From positions 1-24,561 of the forward strand of contig LRSL01000016.1 of assembly GCA_001563335.1 (NCBI GenBank): DNA of 24,561 nucleotides, read 5' to 3'. The first letter of the stretch is position 1; each line of letters begins with the position of its first letter. This document shows, piece after piece, positions 16,453-24,561 of the stretch. The notes beneath the pieces are model-generated. The model was not told where the DNA came from, made no database searches, and saw nothing but the letters and a program-made list of their open reading frames with translations. The position numbers were made by a program, and so were the translations under genes. Source of the DNA: Candidatus Thorarchaeota archaeon SMTZ1-45. Lineage in GTDB: Archaea; Asgardarchaeota; Thorarchaeia; Thorarchaeales; Thorarchaeaceae.

Positions 16453-18167
16453 TTGATACCAACCTCCTTAATCTCATTAACAATCCATCTTGCAGTCATA
16501 GGTCGCCCATCATACTTGTTGATATGGTGATGAACTGATATCCCCGTAGCCATTTTGACAAGCTGTGCGAATTGAGATGTAACATTCTGCTCAACTGCGA
16601 TAATCTGCTTTGATTTACTCAGGACCTTTCTGAGTTTCTCCGTTCGTAACGGGTAAATATCACAGAAGTGCAGTTGATTTACAGACATCCCTGCATCTTT
16701 TAGAATCTGTAATGCCTCATTGGCAGCTCCCCAAGTTGAGCCCCATGTAAGTAGAGTGATCTTTGCATTTTCATCACCATAGAGTTCGGGGGGATTCATA
16801 GCGTTCATGATGGCAGGAAGCTTGTTCATGGATTTAACCACCATATTGTTCCGTATGTCTGCATTTTCAGTGATGTGACCATCCTCACGGTGGACATTTC
16901 CAGATGCCACTATGGACTTACCTTCGTCTCCAGGAAATGCTCGCGGTGATATTCCATCATCAGTTAATAGGTATCGTTTGTAGTCAGAACCAGTATCAAC
17001 CCGGGCAAGCTTTCCTCGGTCCAATTTGGTATTTGAAACATCGATTCGTGGAACGTTCATGACGGAGTCAGCAAAATACTGGTCACCAAGAATCATGACT
17101 GGAATCTGGAACTTGTCAGCAAGATTGAAGGCACGTATAGCAACATAGAACGCCTCAAGTGGATCTTTTGGGGCGAGCATGATTCGTGGGAATTCTCCTT
17201 GGCTTGCAAATGCCATGAAGAGAAGGTCTGCTTGCTCAGTTCGTGTTGGGAGTCCTGTACTAGGTCCAGGTCTTTGTGCGTTATAGATGACAACTGGAAC
17301 CTCAGCCATCGCTGCAAGACCCAATGCTTCAACCATCAGGGAAAAACCACCTCCAGAGGTTGTGACCATTGAGCGAGCTCCAGCATAGGAGGCTCCTATA
17401 GCCATACAAATTGCGGAAATCTCATCTTCGGTCTGCAATGCGCCAATATTCAAGTCGCGGGAGTAGGACATTATATCCATGAAAAGGGAGGTAGAGGGGC
17501 TCATTGGATATGCTGAGATCCATTTGATATTCGCAGCCATGGCACCAAAGGCCAATGCCTTATTCCCAGTAAGTAATAGCTTGTCCTTACAAGGACCAGT
17601 TTCCAATGTATCAAGATTGTATCGACATTTTCCTGCAAACTTCTCTGTAGTCAAATCATAGAGAGCTTTTGCAACAGCAACATTTCCTTCTACAATCTTC
17701 TCTCCCTTTCTTCCGAATATTGCGGTAAGCGCTTCTTCCGCAAGCTTGAATGGAAATCGCAAGACTGACAGGGTTGCACCAAGAGCTGCAGCATTCATCA
17801 TTCGAACATTGCCACCGACCTCTTTGGCAACCTTCTCGAGTGGTGCTTGATAGTGGCATGCCTCAAGGTCATCAAACTCGATTGTATCATCGAATATGAT
17901 CACTCCTTCTTCAATGAGCCGGTCACGTTGAGCAACAACTGCATCACGAGATAGTGCAACAATCACATCGATATAATCCACTGGAGCATGGATTGGTTCA
18001 TCACTTACCCTGACTTGAGTGAAGTTATATCCACCGCGAATTCTCGATTCGAAATCCTTGATGGTAAATGTGTAGAATCCCGCTTGGACAAAGACTTGAG
18101 TTAAGAGGTCTCCAATCGTGTCGATACCTTGACCAGCTTCTCCACCTATATTGAAAGTAATGTCCAT
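16449..18167 (-). CDS. korA: 2-oxoacid:ferredoxin oxidoreductase alpha subunit (gamma-alpha fusion)
   Basis: GGEAGQGI, ESRIRGG, AYPMSPS (YPITP-like), QTEDEISA, TTSGGGFSLMVE, QRPGPSTGLPT, WGST, VEQN, KYDGRP. Confidence 0.92.
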   Translation of the reverse strand: MDITFNIGGEAGQGIDTIGDLLTQVFVQAGFYTFTIKDFESRIRGGYNFTQVRVSDEPIHAPVDYIDVIVALSRDAVVAQRDRLIEEGVIIFDDTIEFDDLEACHYQAPLEKVAKEVGGNVRMMNAAALGATLSVLRFPFKLAEEALTAIFGRKGEKIVEGNVAVAKALYDLTTEKFAGKCRYNLDTLETGPCKDKLLLTGNKALAFGAMAANIKWISAYPMSPSTSLFMDIMSYSRDLNIGALQTEDEISAICMAIGASYAGARSMVTTSGGGFSLMVEALGLAAMAEVPVVIYNAQRPGPSTGLPTRTEQADLLFMAFASQGEFPRIMLAPKDPLEAFYVAIRAFNLADKFQIPVMILGDQYFADSVMNVPRIDVSNTKLDRGKLARVDTGSDYKRYLLTDDGISPRAFPGDEGKSIVASGNVHREDGHITENADIRNNMVVKSMNKLPAIMNAMNPPELYGDENAKITLLTWGSTWGAANEALQILKDAGMSVNQLHFCDIYPLRTEKLRKVLSKSKQIIAVEQNVTSQFAQLVKMATGISVHHHINKYDGRPMTARWIVNEIKEVGIK

Positions 18168-18263
18168 GTTAACAAGACACTCCCGTGTAATCTATCGAGA
18201 GTTCGTGCTTTTCTTATGTCCTTTGCTAAATAGGACCTATAACCTCGATAACAGACACAAGAA

Positions 18264-18866
18264 TTACTCCTCGAGCCAGTTCTCCTTCCTAGCTTTCTTC
18301 TCTTCTTCGAATGGATCCCAGTCACGCTTACGTTTCTCCCCACCTCTCTTCCACCATGATAGATCTAACCGCATACCAGACCAAGGAGATATCATATCAG
18401 GCCCTTCAATCCTCCAGAGCATAATGAGCCCAACTATGAACTGGATTGGAATTGGATAGACAAGCATGAAGGTGCCAGACATAGCTGATAGGTAAATGAC
18501 CAACGCTACTGGAAGAACGACACTGAGCATGCCAATCATTGCCACAGTGTATCTAGATGTCTGACCTTTGTAATATCGAACAACCCAAATTGCAAAAGCT
18601 ATATTGAGAATCGTAAGTGGCAACGTTAAGAAGATTATAAATGGATTAAGAAAAACAACCGGCATCATTCCAAATGGAAATTCGAAAAAGTTAGGCCCTA
18701 ATGGAAAGATCCAGAATATAGAATAAATCATAGGTTCAAACAGGAAAGTTGTTTCCGGAATGAACCCTATTGGGAATATACTAGTTACTATGAACATTAT
18801 GATCGCAACAACTCCCGGACTCACTCCATAGAGCTCAGACTCAGTAGCAAATTCATCCTTACTCAC
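18264..18866 (-). CDS. Hypothetical integral membrane protein (4-5 TM helices, charged C-terminus)
   Basis: 200-aa ORF with GTG start, several hydrophobic helices and a YPIPIQFIVG motif; TTTTAAAA box at 18891-18898 upstream. Confidence 0.75.
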   Translation of the reverse strand: MSKDEFATESELYGVSPGVVAIIMFIVTSIFPIGFIPETTFLFEPMIYSIFWIFPLGPNFFEFPFGMMPVVFLNPFIIFLTLPLTILNIAFAIWVVRYYKGQTSRYTVAMIGMLSVVLPVALVIYLSAMSGTFMLVYPIPIQFIVGLIMLWRIEGPDMISPWSGMRLDLSWWKRGGEKRKRDWDPFEEEKKARKENWLEE

Positions 18867-18967
18867 GACAGACCCTCACGTATGTTCCAATTTTAAAACC
18901 AGATAAGCACTTCGTCAGTCTGAGGACTGTACTGTCAAAATCAGTGGCCTTTGACAAGCTTTAAAAA

Positions 18968-19022
18968 CGAAGTACATGTACAGTTTTTTTAGAAGTATAT
19001 GCCGAAGTGCATGTACAGTTTT
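18968..19022 (+). promoter_or_regulatory. Tandem 20-bp direct repeat CGAAGT(A/G)CATGTACAGTTTT upstream of the thermosome gene; putative operator
   Basis: Copies at 18968-18987 and 19003-19022 (1 mismatch, 35-bp period). Copy 1 contains the palindrome GTACATGTAC and directly follows TTTAAAAA (18960-18967). Confidence 0.7.
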
Positions 19023-19095
19023 ACACAATGAACAGTATACTATTCTATCCTAGGAAAATGAATAGAACTGAAGTAAAAGACAAGGGGAAAACAAA

Positions 19096-20766
19096 ATGGC
19101 ACAGTTGTCTGGAACACCCATCCTTATCCTTAAGGAGGGTACTTCAAGAACACGCGGCAGATCCGCACAGTCCAACAACATCATGGCTGGTATAGTCATC
19201 TCTGACGCTGTGAAATCCACACTCGGTCCACGTGGAATGGACAAGATGCTTGTGGACAGTCTTGGAGATGTGACCATCACAAATGATGGCGCGTCTATCC
19301 TGAAAGAGATTGATGTACAGCACCCAGCTGCAAAGATGCTTGTAGAAGTGGCTAAAAGCCAGGACCAAGAAACCGGTGATGGTACTACAACCTCAGTAGT
19401 CATCGCTGGAGAACTCCTGAAGAGAGCGCAGGACCTGCTGGAAAAGAAAATTCACCCAACAATCATTGTTGGAGGTTATCAAAAAGCAGCTGATCAAGCC
19501 ACCAAGATACTCAGTGATATTGCTGTATCAATGGAAGGCATGGACAAGAAGATACTGACAAGTATAGCATCAACTTCAATGAACAGCAAGTCAGTGGTTG
19601 GCTCAAAGGATCTCTTTGCAAAGATTGCTGTCGATGCAATATTGCAGATTGTAGAGAGGACCGATGGCGAAATAAAGGCTGACATTGAGATGATCGAGAT
19701 CATCAAGAAGCAGGGCAAGAGCCTTACAGAAACCGAACTAGTCAAGGGGATGGTCGTTGATAAAGAAGTAGTTCACGCTTCAATGCCTCGAAGACTTGAG
19801 AAAGCCAAGATTGCTTTAGTCAATGCAGCTATCGAAGTTGAGAAGACTGAGTTTGATGCAGAGATCAAGATTGATAGTCCTGAACAAATAAAGGCATTCC
19901 TAGACGAGGAGGAAAAGATGCTCACTCGGATGGTTGACAAGATTGTCGCCACTGGTGCGAATGTACTTGTTTGTCAGAAGGGCATTGATGACGTTGCACA
20001 GCACTATCTCGCTAAAGCTGGTATAATGGCAATGCGAAGGGCAAAGAAAAGCACTCTTGAGAAGCTGGCAAAGGCTACTGGTGGAAAGATTGCCACAAGT
20101 CTTGACGAACTTGATGCTGACTACTTAGGCGCTGCTGGAATTGTCGAGGAAGTAAAGATTGGTGATGACAAACTCGTCTATGTCAAAGACTGCAAGGATC
20201 CAAAAGCTGTATCCATAGTGATTCGTGGTGGAACTGAGCATGTCGTGGATGAAGCTGATAGAGCAATGCATGATGCACTTTGTGTTGTGAGAAATGTCGT
20301 AGAAGACACAACCTATGTAGCAGGCGGTGGTTCAGTTGAGGCTGAGATTGCTAAGAGACTCGAAGCATATGCCAACAAGGTTGGTGGTCGTGAACAGCTC
20401 GCAATAGAAGCATTTGCTGAATCTCTAAGAGTCGTTCCAAAGACCCTCGCTGAGAATGGTGGTCATGATCCTATCGACATCATAGCAGACCTGAACAAAG
20501 ACCACTCAAAAGAGACTGGTATCTGGTTCGGTGTTGATGTAATGAAAGGAACAACCACGGACATGATGAAGGCAAGCGTGATCGAACCGGCTCGAGTCAA
20601 GAGTCAAGCAATCCGTTCTGCTGCTGAGGCGGCTCAAATGATCCTCAGGATTGACGATGTCATTGCTGCTAAGGCTTCATCTGGCCCGCCAGCTGGTGCT
20701 GAGGGCATGGGTGGTATGCCACCCGGTGGAATGGGTGGAATGGGCGGAATGCCTGGAATGATGTAA
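19096..20766 (+). CDS. Thermosome subunit (group II chaperonin)
   Basis: STLGPRGMDKMLV, ITNDGASIL, GDGTTTSVV, VCQKGIDD, IRGG, VAGGGS, ILRIDDVI and a C-terminal GGM-repeat tail. Alpha versus beta cannot be assigned by eye. Confidence 0.97.
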   Translation: MAQLSGTPILILKEGTSRTRGRSAQSNNIMAGIVISDAVKSTLGPRGMDKMLVDSLGDVTITNDGASILKEIDVQHPAAKMLVEVAKSQDQETGDGTTTSVVIAGELLKRAQDLLEKKIHPTIIVGGYQKAADQATKILSDIAVSMEGMDKKILTSIASTSMNSKSVVGSKDLFAKIAVDAILQIVERTDGEIKADIEMIEIIKKQGKSLTETELVKGMVVDKEVVHASMPRRLEKAKIALVNAAIEVEKTEFDAEIKIDSPEQIKAFLDEEEKMLTRMVDKIVATGANVLVCQKGIDDVAQHYLAKAGIMAMRRAKKSTLEKLAKATGGKIATSLDELDADYLGAAGIVEEVKIGDDKLVYVKDCKDPKAVSIVIRGGTEHVVDEADRAMHDALCVVRNVVEDTTYVAGGGSVEAEIAKRLEAYANKVGGREQLAIEAFAESLRVVPKTLAENGGHDPIDIIADLNKDHSKETGIWFGVDVMKGTTTDMMKASVIEPARVKSQAIRSAAEAAQMILRIDDVIAAKASSGPPAGAEGMGGMPPGGMGGMGGMPGMM

Positions 20767-20784
20767 CAATAGACCATATTAAGT

Positions 20785-20815
20785 TGGAGCCGCAAGGCTC
20801 CACTCATCTCTTTTT
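20785..20815 (+). terminator. Hairpin TGGAGCC-GCAA-GGCTCCA followed by a pyrimidine/T tract
   Basis: Perfect 7-bp GC-rich stem with a GNRA tetraloop 18 nt after the thermosome stop, then CTCATCTCTTTTT. Confidence 0.7.
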
Positions 20816-20830
20816 CCGAGGTTCATCAGC

Positions 20831-21703
20831 TTGACTATGCGTGTCTTACTAGTTGGTATGAATAGTTTTGACTCAGGAAAGACACAGTTTGCTGTAAAAT
20901 TGAGTAGAACTCTGACAGAGAATGGTTATTCGATTGAGTATTTCAAGCCGCTAAGTGGACATAATTACTGGTACAAGTACGATCACACACAACTCTGTCT
21001 TCGAAAGGGCATCATTGTTTCAGCTGACGCAATTGAAGTACGTAGCGCGTTTGAATCAAAGCAACCTATAGAACTAGCCAATCCGGTTCATAGTCTATTT
21101 GTGCCAATGAAACTCGAAAGACCTTTACAAAACTTACCGAATACACTAGGTCTAGCAGGAGCTAATTCAATACTCACGATGGAACGCTTCAGCAGACCTG
21201 ATAATTCCGATATTGACACAACAGTTCTGGTTGCGCAGCAGCTTCTAGAGGATGAGCAACTTATTATTTCGCAAGAAGAAGCTGGAATGTTGACAAAGGG
21301 TGCAGCCATTCTATCTATTAGTAACCTCGAAGAAGTCCAGGAGTTTGAGCGATTGAACTTTGAAAGATATGTTTCAGATGCTTTTACTAAATTGGAGAGG
21401 TCTGTTGACATAGTTATCATTGAAGGCTTTAATAACGCAGCATGGCCCTGGGATGGATTGGGTAGTGTGGATTCGGTAATTCTAATCAGTCCTGGGAACA
21501 TATTCTCCTATGATCCTGAGAGGTTCAAAAAAGCAGCATATCTGATGAACAGAGGGAATCTCCCAATCAGAGAGGTGACATTTGGTAGAATTTCAGACTT
21601 GCTAAAACCAACTAGTCATTTAGAGATTAGACCTGATACTAATATATCTGTGAATGAGATTGAGAAACTTGGAATTTCCTTTCACACAGGAAAGAAAGAT
21701 TAA
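20831..21703 (+). CDS. Predicted P-loop NTPase, BioD/CobQ-like archaeal family (COG4028-like)
   Basis: RVLLVGMNSFDSGKT (Walker A variant), YFKPLSGHNYW, ELANPVH, DIVIIEGFNN. The start may be ATG 20837. Confidence 0.78.
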   Translation: MTMRVLLVGMNSFDSGKTQFAVKLSRTLTENGYSIEYFKPLSGHNYWYKYDHTQLCLRKGIIVSADAIEVRSAFESKQPIELANPVHSLFVPMKLERPLQNLPNTLGLAGANSILTMERFSRPDNSDIDTTVLVAQQLLEDEQLIISQEEAGMLTKGAAILSISNLEEVQEFERLNFERYVSDAFTKLERSVDIVIIEGFNNAAWPWDGLGSVDSVILISPGNIFSYDPERFKKAAYLMNRGNLPIREVTFGRISDLLKPTSHLEIRPDTNISVNEIEKLGISFHTGKKD

Positions 21704-21757
21704 GCCTTAATGAAAACCTAGAACACAATACTTGGGACCTAAGACGGAGACAGTAGA

Positions 21758-22711
21758 TTGACAGAGGACTTGAACTGGGAACTTGTTGTCGTTGGTGGAG
21801 GACCTGCAGGAATGACAGCAGCCATCTACGGTGCAAGATATGGACTTAAGACCCTATTATTAGAATCCAAAGTCCTCGGTGGAGCTCAAGCCACTAGTCC
21901 AGGTATCGAGAATTACCCAGGGTACACATTCATTGTAGGACTGGATCTGGCAAACAAAATGAAAGAGCAGGTCAAGAAATCAGGGGCAATCATTAAGGAG
22001 ATTACTGAGGTCAAGAGTATAGAGAGAGAAGGAAATGACGGTGATTTTCTTCTCGAAACTCGACGAGGTGTCTACCGGGCAAAGGCAATCATCATTGCAA
22101 CAGGCGGAGGACACAAACACCTGGATGTGCCTGGTGAAGAGAAACTTACTGGTCGTGGAGTATCATACTGTGCTACATGTGATGGCCCACTTTTCCGCGG
22201 CAAGACTGTTGCAGTTGTGGGGGGTGGAAATACAGCTGTCACTGAGGCATTGTATCTCTCAGAGGTTGTGAGTAAGGTCTATCTCATTCATAGAAGGGAT
22301 GAGTTGCGTGCGGAAAAGGTAGTTCAAGATTATGTGTTCAACTCAAGTGTAGAGATTATTTGGGACACTATTGTCAAAGAGATACGAGGCGACGACCTTG
22401 TTAATGAGTTGCTTTTACATAACGTGAAGACTAGAGAAGAACGAATCCTTACAGTAGATGGGGCATTTATTGCGCTTGGTTCTAGTCCAGAAAGCTCTTT
22501 AGCTAAAAGTATTGGAGTGGAAACTAATAAGCGTGGGGAGATTCTTGTTTCTGCAAAACAAGCAACGAACATTTCTGGAGTGTTCGCAGCTGGAGACGTT
22601 GTCGAATCTATGAAGCAGATTGCTGTTGCTGTTGGTCACGGAGCTATCGCTGCAGACAGCGCTTATTCATACATAAGGAAGAAACAGAGAGGACCAATTG
22701 GTTACGCATGA
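21758..22711 (+). CDS. trxB: Thioredoxin-disulfide reductase
   Basis: VVGGGPAGMTAAIY, IENYPG, GRGVSYCATCDG (CxxC), VVGGGNTA, HRRDELRA (NADPH-type), GVFAAGD. Confidence 0.96.
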   Translation: MTEDLNWELVVVGGGPAGMTAAIYGARYGLKTLLLESKVLGGAQATSPGIENYPGYTFIVGLDLANKMKEQVKKSGAIIKEITEVKSIEREGNDGDFLLETRRGVYRAKAIIIATGGGHKHLDVPGEEKLTGRGVSYCATCDGPLFRGKTVAVVGGGNTAVTEALYLSEVVSKVYLIHRRDELRAEKVVQDYVFNSSVEIIWDTIVKEIRGDDLVNELLLHNVKTREERILTVDGAFIALGSSPESSLAKSIGVETNKRGEILVSAKQATNISGVFAAGDVVESMKQIAVAVGHGAIAADSAYSYIRKKQRGPIGYA

Positions 22712-22837
22712 AGATAATGTCGCTGTGTTTCCTAGTACAACCTTTGGGATGGGGAAACGTTAATAACCGCACCTCAGCCCGATGCTCAAAGCGCTGAGCA
22801 AAATCTCAGTGACACCTAGATTGACCGTGATGTCATT

Positions 22838-24052
22838 ATGAAAAGGGTCAAAGTCGTAACAATTGCACTCGCGTTCACATTCATACTACTTGCGTTTGCA
22901 GCACAACCAGTTGCTGCAGCAAGTCGATTAGACTCTCTTACATCATATTTGAACAGCAGGTACGACGCTGTCAGGGGTGGATACTCAATTCCTGGCGAGG
23001 GAGTGGTACGCATCGATCCAACATATGGCGCTATTAGTATCATGAATGAATTAGGTAGTATTCGAAATAGACCTCCACCAGTTACTATCACGCTTGTTAT
23101 GGACTTCTTAATTGACCGTCAATGGTTATCTGGAAATGAGGGTGATGAACCAAGGTATGGAGGGTTTGGTGATTACCTCTTGGGACCAGTCACAAATGGT
23201 GGGAATTACAGAGGATTAGCTATTTGGCAGATATTGAAAGACCAGAGTGATATTCCAGGTACAGAAGACTATGACATCAATGCTACAGCCAACCTCTTTT
23301 GGATTAATAGGACGTACACTGACTCCGGTGGTTTTGCTCTGAATACAGAGGCAATAGATGCTCACGCTGGACCAGACCTTTTGTCCACCGCATATGCCCT
23401 ATCATCAATTAGACTGATTCACACAATGTATTCAGAGGAAAATGCATGGGATTGGTTGGTTAACGAAACTGCAACGGTTGAATGGATTGAAAGCTGCAAA
23501 GAGGGAAATGGATACAAATTGAGTCCAAATGATTTCCTTCCAAGTGTAACGGGCACTGCAGCAGCAGTCATGGCATATCATGCTTTAGACCCCCTAGCAG
23601 CGGTTCCAGATGCAAGTATTCTCCGGAATTGGCTCGTTGAGCGCCAAGTTCTGGATTCTGAGGAAGCAGACTTCAACGGTGGTTTTGAGGAAGGAAATGG
23701 AACTGAAGTATCAAGTCTGGAGTCAACATACTATGCGCTCTCAGCAATTGAGATTCTCAACGGACTCCAATTAGTAAACACAACCGCAGTTGAAGAGTTC
23801 ATCCTGAATTGCCAGACTTCTGAAGGTTCCTTTGCAAACACACCGGGAACTGACACAGGGAAGCTCCTGTATTCCGGTTATGCATGCGAGATATTGAATA
23901 TGGCTGGATCAGATCGAGCATTGAATATTCTATCATCGTCAATTGATCCCTATTCACCGGGAGGTACTGGATTTGAATGGCGAATTTATGTCATAATTGG
24001 AATCATTGTGGTTGCAGTCGTTTTTGCAGTTCTTGGCGTTAGATCGGACTGA
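22838..24052 (+). CDS. Exported, C-terminally anchored protein with prenyltransferase/squalene-cyclase-type (alpha/alpha toroid) repeats
   Basis: Signal peptide MKRVKVVTIALAFTFILLAFAAQPVAAA; repeats GGF...DLLSTAYAL, GGFEEG...SLESTYYALSAIEIL and FILNCQTSEGSF; C-terminal TM helix IYVIIGIIVVAVVFAVLGV. Upstream GGGGAAACGTTAATAA (about 22751-22766) resembles BRE-TATA. Confidence 0.8.
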   Translation: MKRVKVVTIALAFTFILLAFAAQPVAAASRLDSLTSYLNSRYDAVRGGYSIPGEGVVRIDPTYGAISIMNELGSIRNRPPPVTITLVMDFLIDRQWLSGNEGDEPRYGGFGDYLLGPVTNGGNYRGLAIWQILKDQSDIPGTEDYDINATANLFWINRTYTDSGGFALNTEAIDAHAGPDLLSTAYALSSIRLIHTMYSEENAWDWLVNETATVEWIESCKEGNGYKLSPNDFLPSVTGTAAAVMAYHALDPLAAVPDASILRNWLVERQVLDSEEADFNGGFEEGNGTEVSSLESTYYALSAIEILNGLQLVNTTAVEEFILNCQTSEGSFANTPGTDTGKLLYSGYACEILNMAGSDRALNILSSSIDPYSPGGTGFEWRIYVIIGIIVVAVVFAVLGVRSD

Positions 24053-24128
24053 TGAATGCAATATCTTTATCACAATAACGAGGAATTAGCCTTTAGGGAT
24101 CGACAAATTCGAACCCTAGGTGTATCAA

Positions 24129-24561
24129 ATGCCCTACTCTGAAACAGACGATGAGTCAATTCCAAGGTACAAACGTGGGTATGAGTGGTTTTCACACCTT
24201 GCTAATGCCAAACTGTCTAGGAAACCTTGGAGACGATTGGGCTTCTTTTCCTTCTACGATGCACCTTACGCAGAGAGTGAGCTCCTATACCTATCACCTA
24301 AACAAGTCATGCTGACGATGGCAAAAATGGCTAAGGCTAAAGAGAATGGTCTGGTGTTTGTTGTAGATGCAATGGAAAAGGATGAGATGGGACTCAGTAC
24401 TAGAGCCGGCTTTGACCAGTTCATGGAGATTTTCGATGGACTCTTTCCCAACTCATCAAAGTTCTATTTTGGACCTAAGGAATCTGAGAGAGAATGGCTT
24501 CATGAATTTTCATCAATTAGAGTTCCTCTTGATTGGCTTGTGAAAAGACCCAATGTATTCG
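24129..24561 (+). CDS. Hypothetical protein (partial, runs off the window; absent from the ORF track)
   Basis: AGGTG RBS then ATG 24129; open to the window end: MPYSETDDESIPRYKRGYEWFSHLANAKLSRKPWRRLGFFSFYDAPYAESELLYLSPKQVML...LDWLVKRPNVF. Confidence 0.75.
   Translation, partial: MPYSETDDESIPRYKRGYEWFSHLANAKLSRKPWRRLGFFSFYDAPYAESELLYLSPKQVMLTMAKMAKAKENGLVFVVDAMEKDEMGLSTRAGFDQFMEIFDGLFPNSSKFYFGPKESEREWLHEFSSIRVPLDWLVKRPNVF

Noticed and set aside
18968-19022. Direct repeat as a mini-CRISPR array or IS target duplication
   Set aside because: Only two 20-bp copies with a 15-bp spacer, no cas or transposase genes, and a promoter location that fits an operator better.
20705-20763. GGTGGAATG-type short tandem repeats
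   Set aside because: They encode the ordinary GGM tail of chaperonins.
2141-24451. Remaining 60-140 aa ORFs overlapping the annotated genes
   Set aside because: They lie antisense or out of frame within or across well-supported genes and show no recognisable motifs.

Overview
Gene-dense archaeal chromosomal segment, most likely an Asgard archaeon (Thorarchaeia-like). This assignment is inferred from S17e, a group II chaperonin, an archaeal ATP-dependent DNA ligase, MptA/FolE2, GGTGA/GGAGG ribosome-binding sites, TATA-type promoters and a surface protein with a longin-like cytoplasmic tail. From left to right: (1) two tandem paralogous large glycoprotein-like surface proteins, the left one missed by the ORF track and running off the window; the complete one has signal peptide + beta-rich ectodomain + 3 Ig-like repeats + 1 TM helix + cytoplasmic longin-like domain; (2) a pterin gene pair (MptA/FolE2 and a Cys-less PTPS-III-type COG0720 protein) downstream of DNA ligase; (3) rps17e and an orphan beta-class DNA methyltransferase; (4) a membrane protein resembling a degenerate M48 peptidase; (5) a korA-korB-fumC-sdhA-sdhB cluster with no membrane-anchor genes, in which sdhA can only contain its FAD-binding motif if it starts at a non-canonical ATT; (6) a thermosome gene with a tandem 20-bp operator-like repeat upstream and a GNRA hairpin downstream; (7) a P-loop NTPase, trxB, an exported prenyltransferase-repeat protein and a partial ORF. 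No rRNA, tRNA, CRISPR array or mobile element was recognised. All family assignments come from motifs read by eye; no searches were run.
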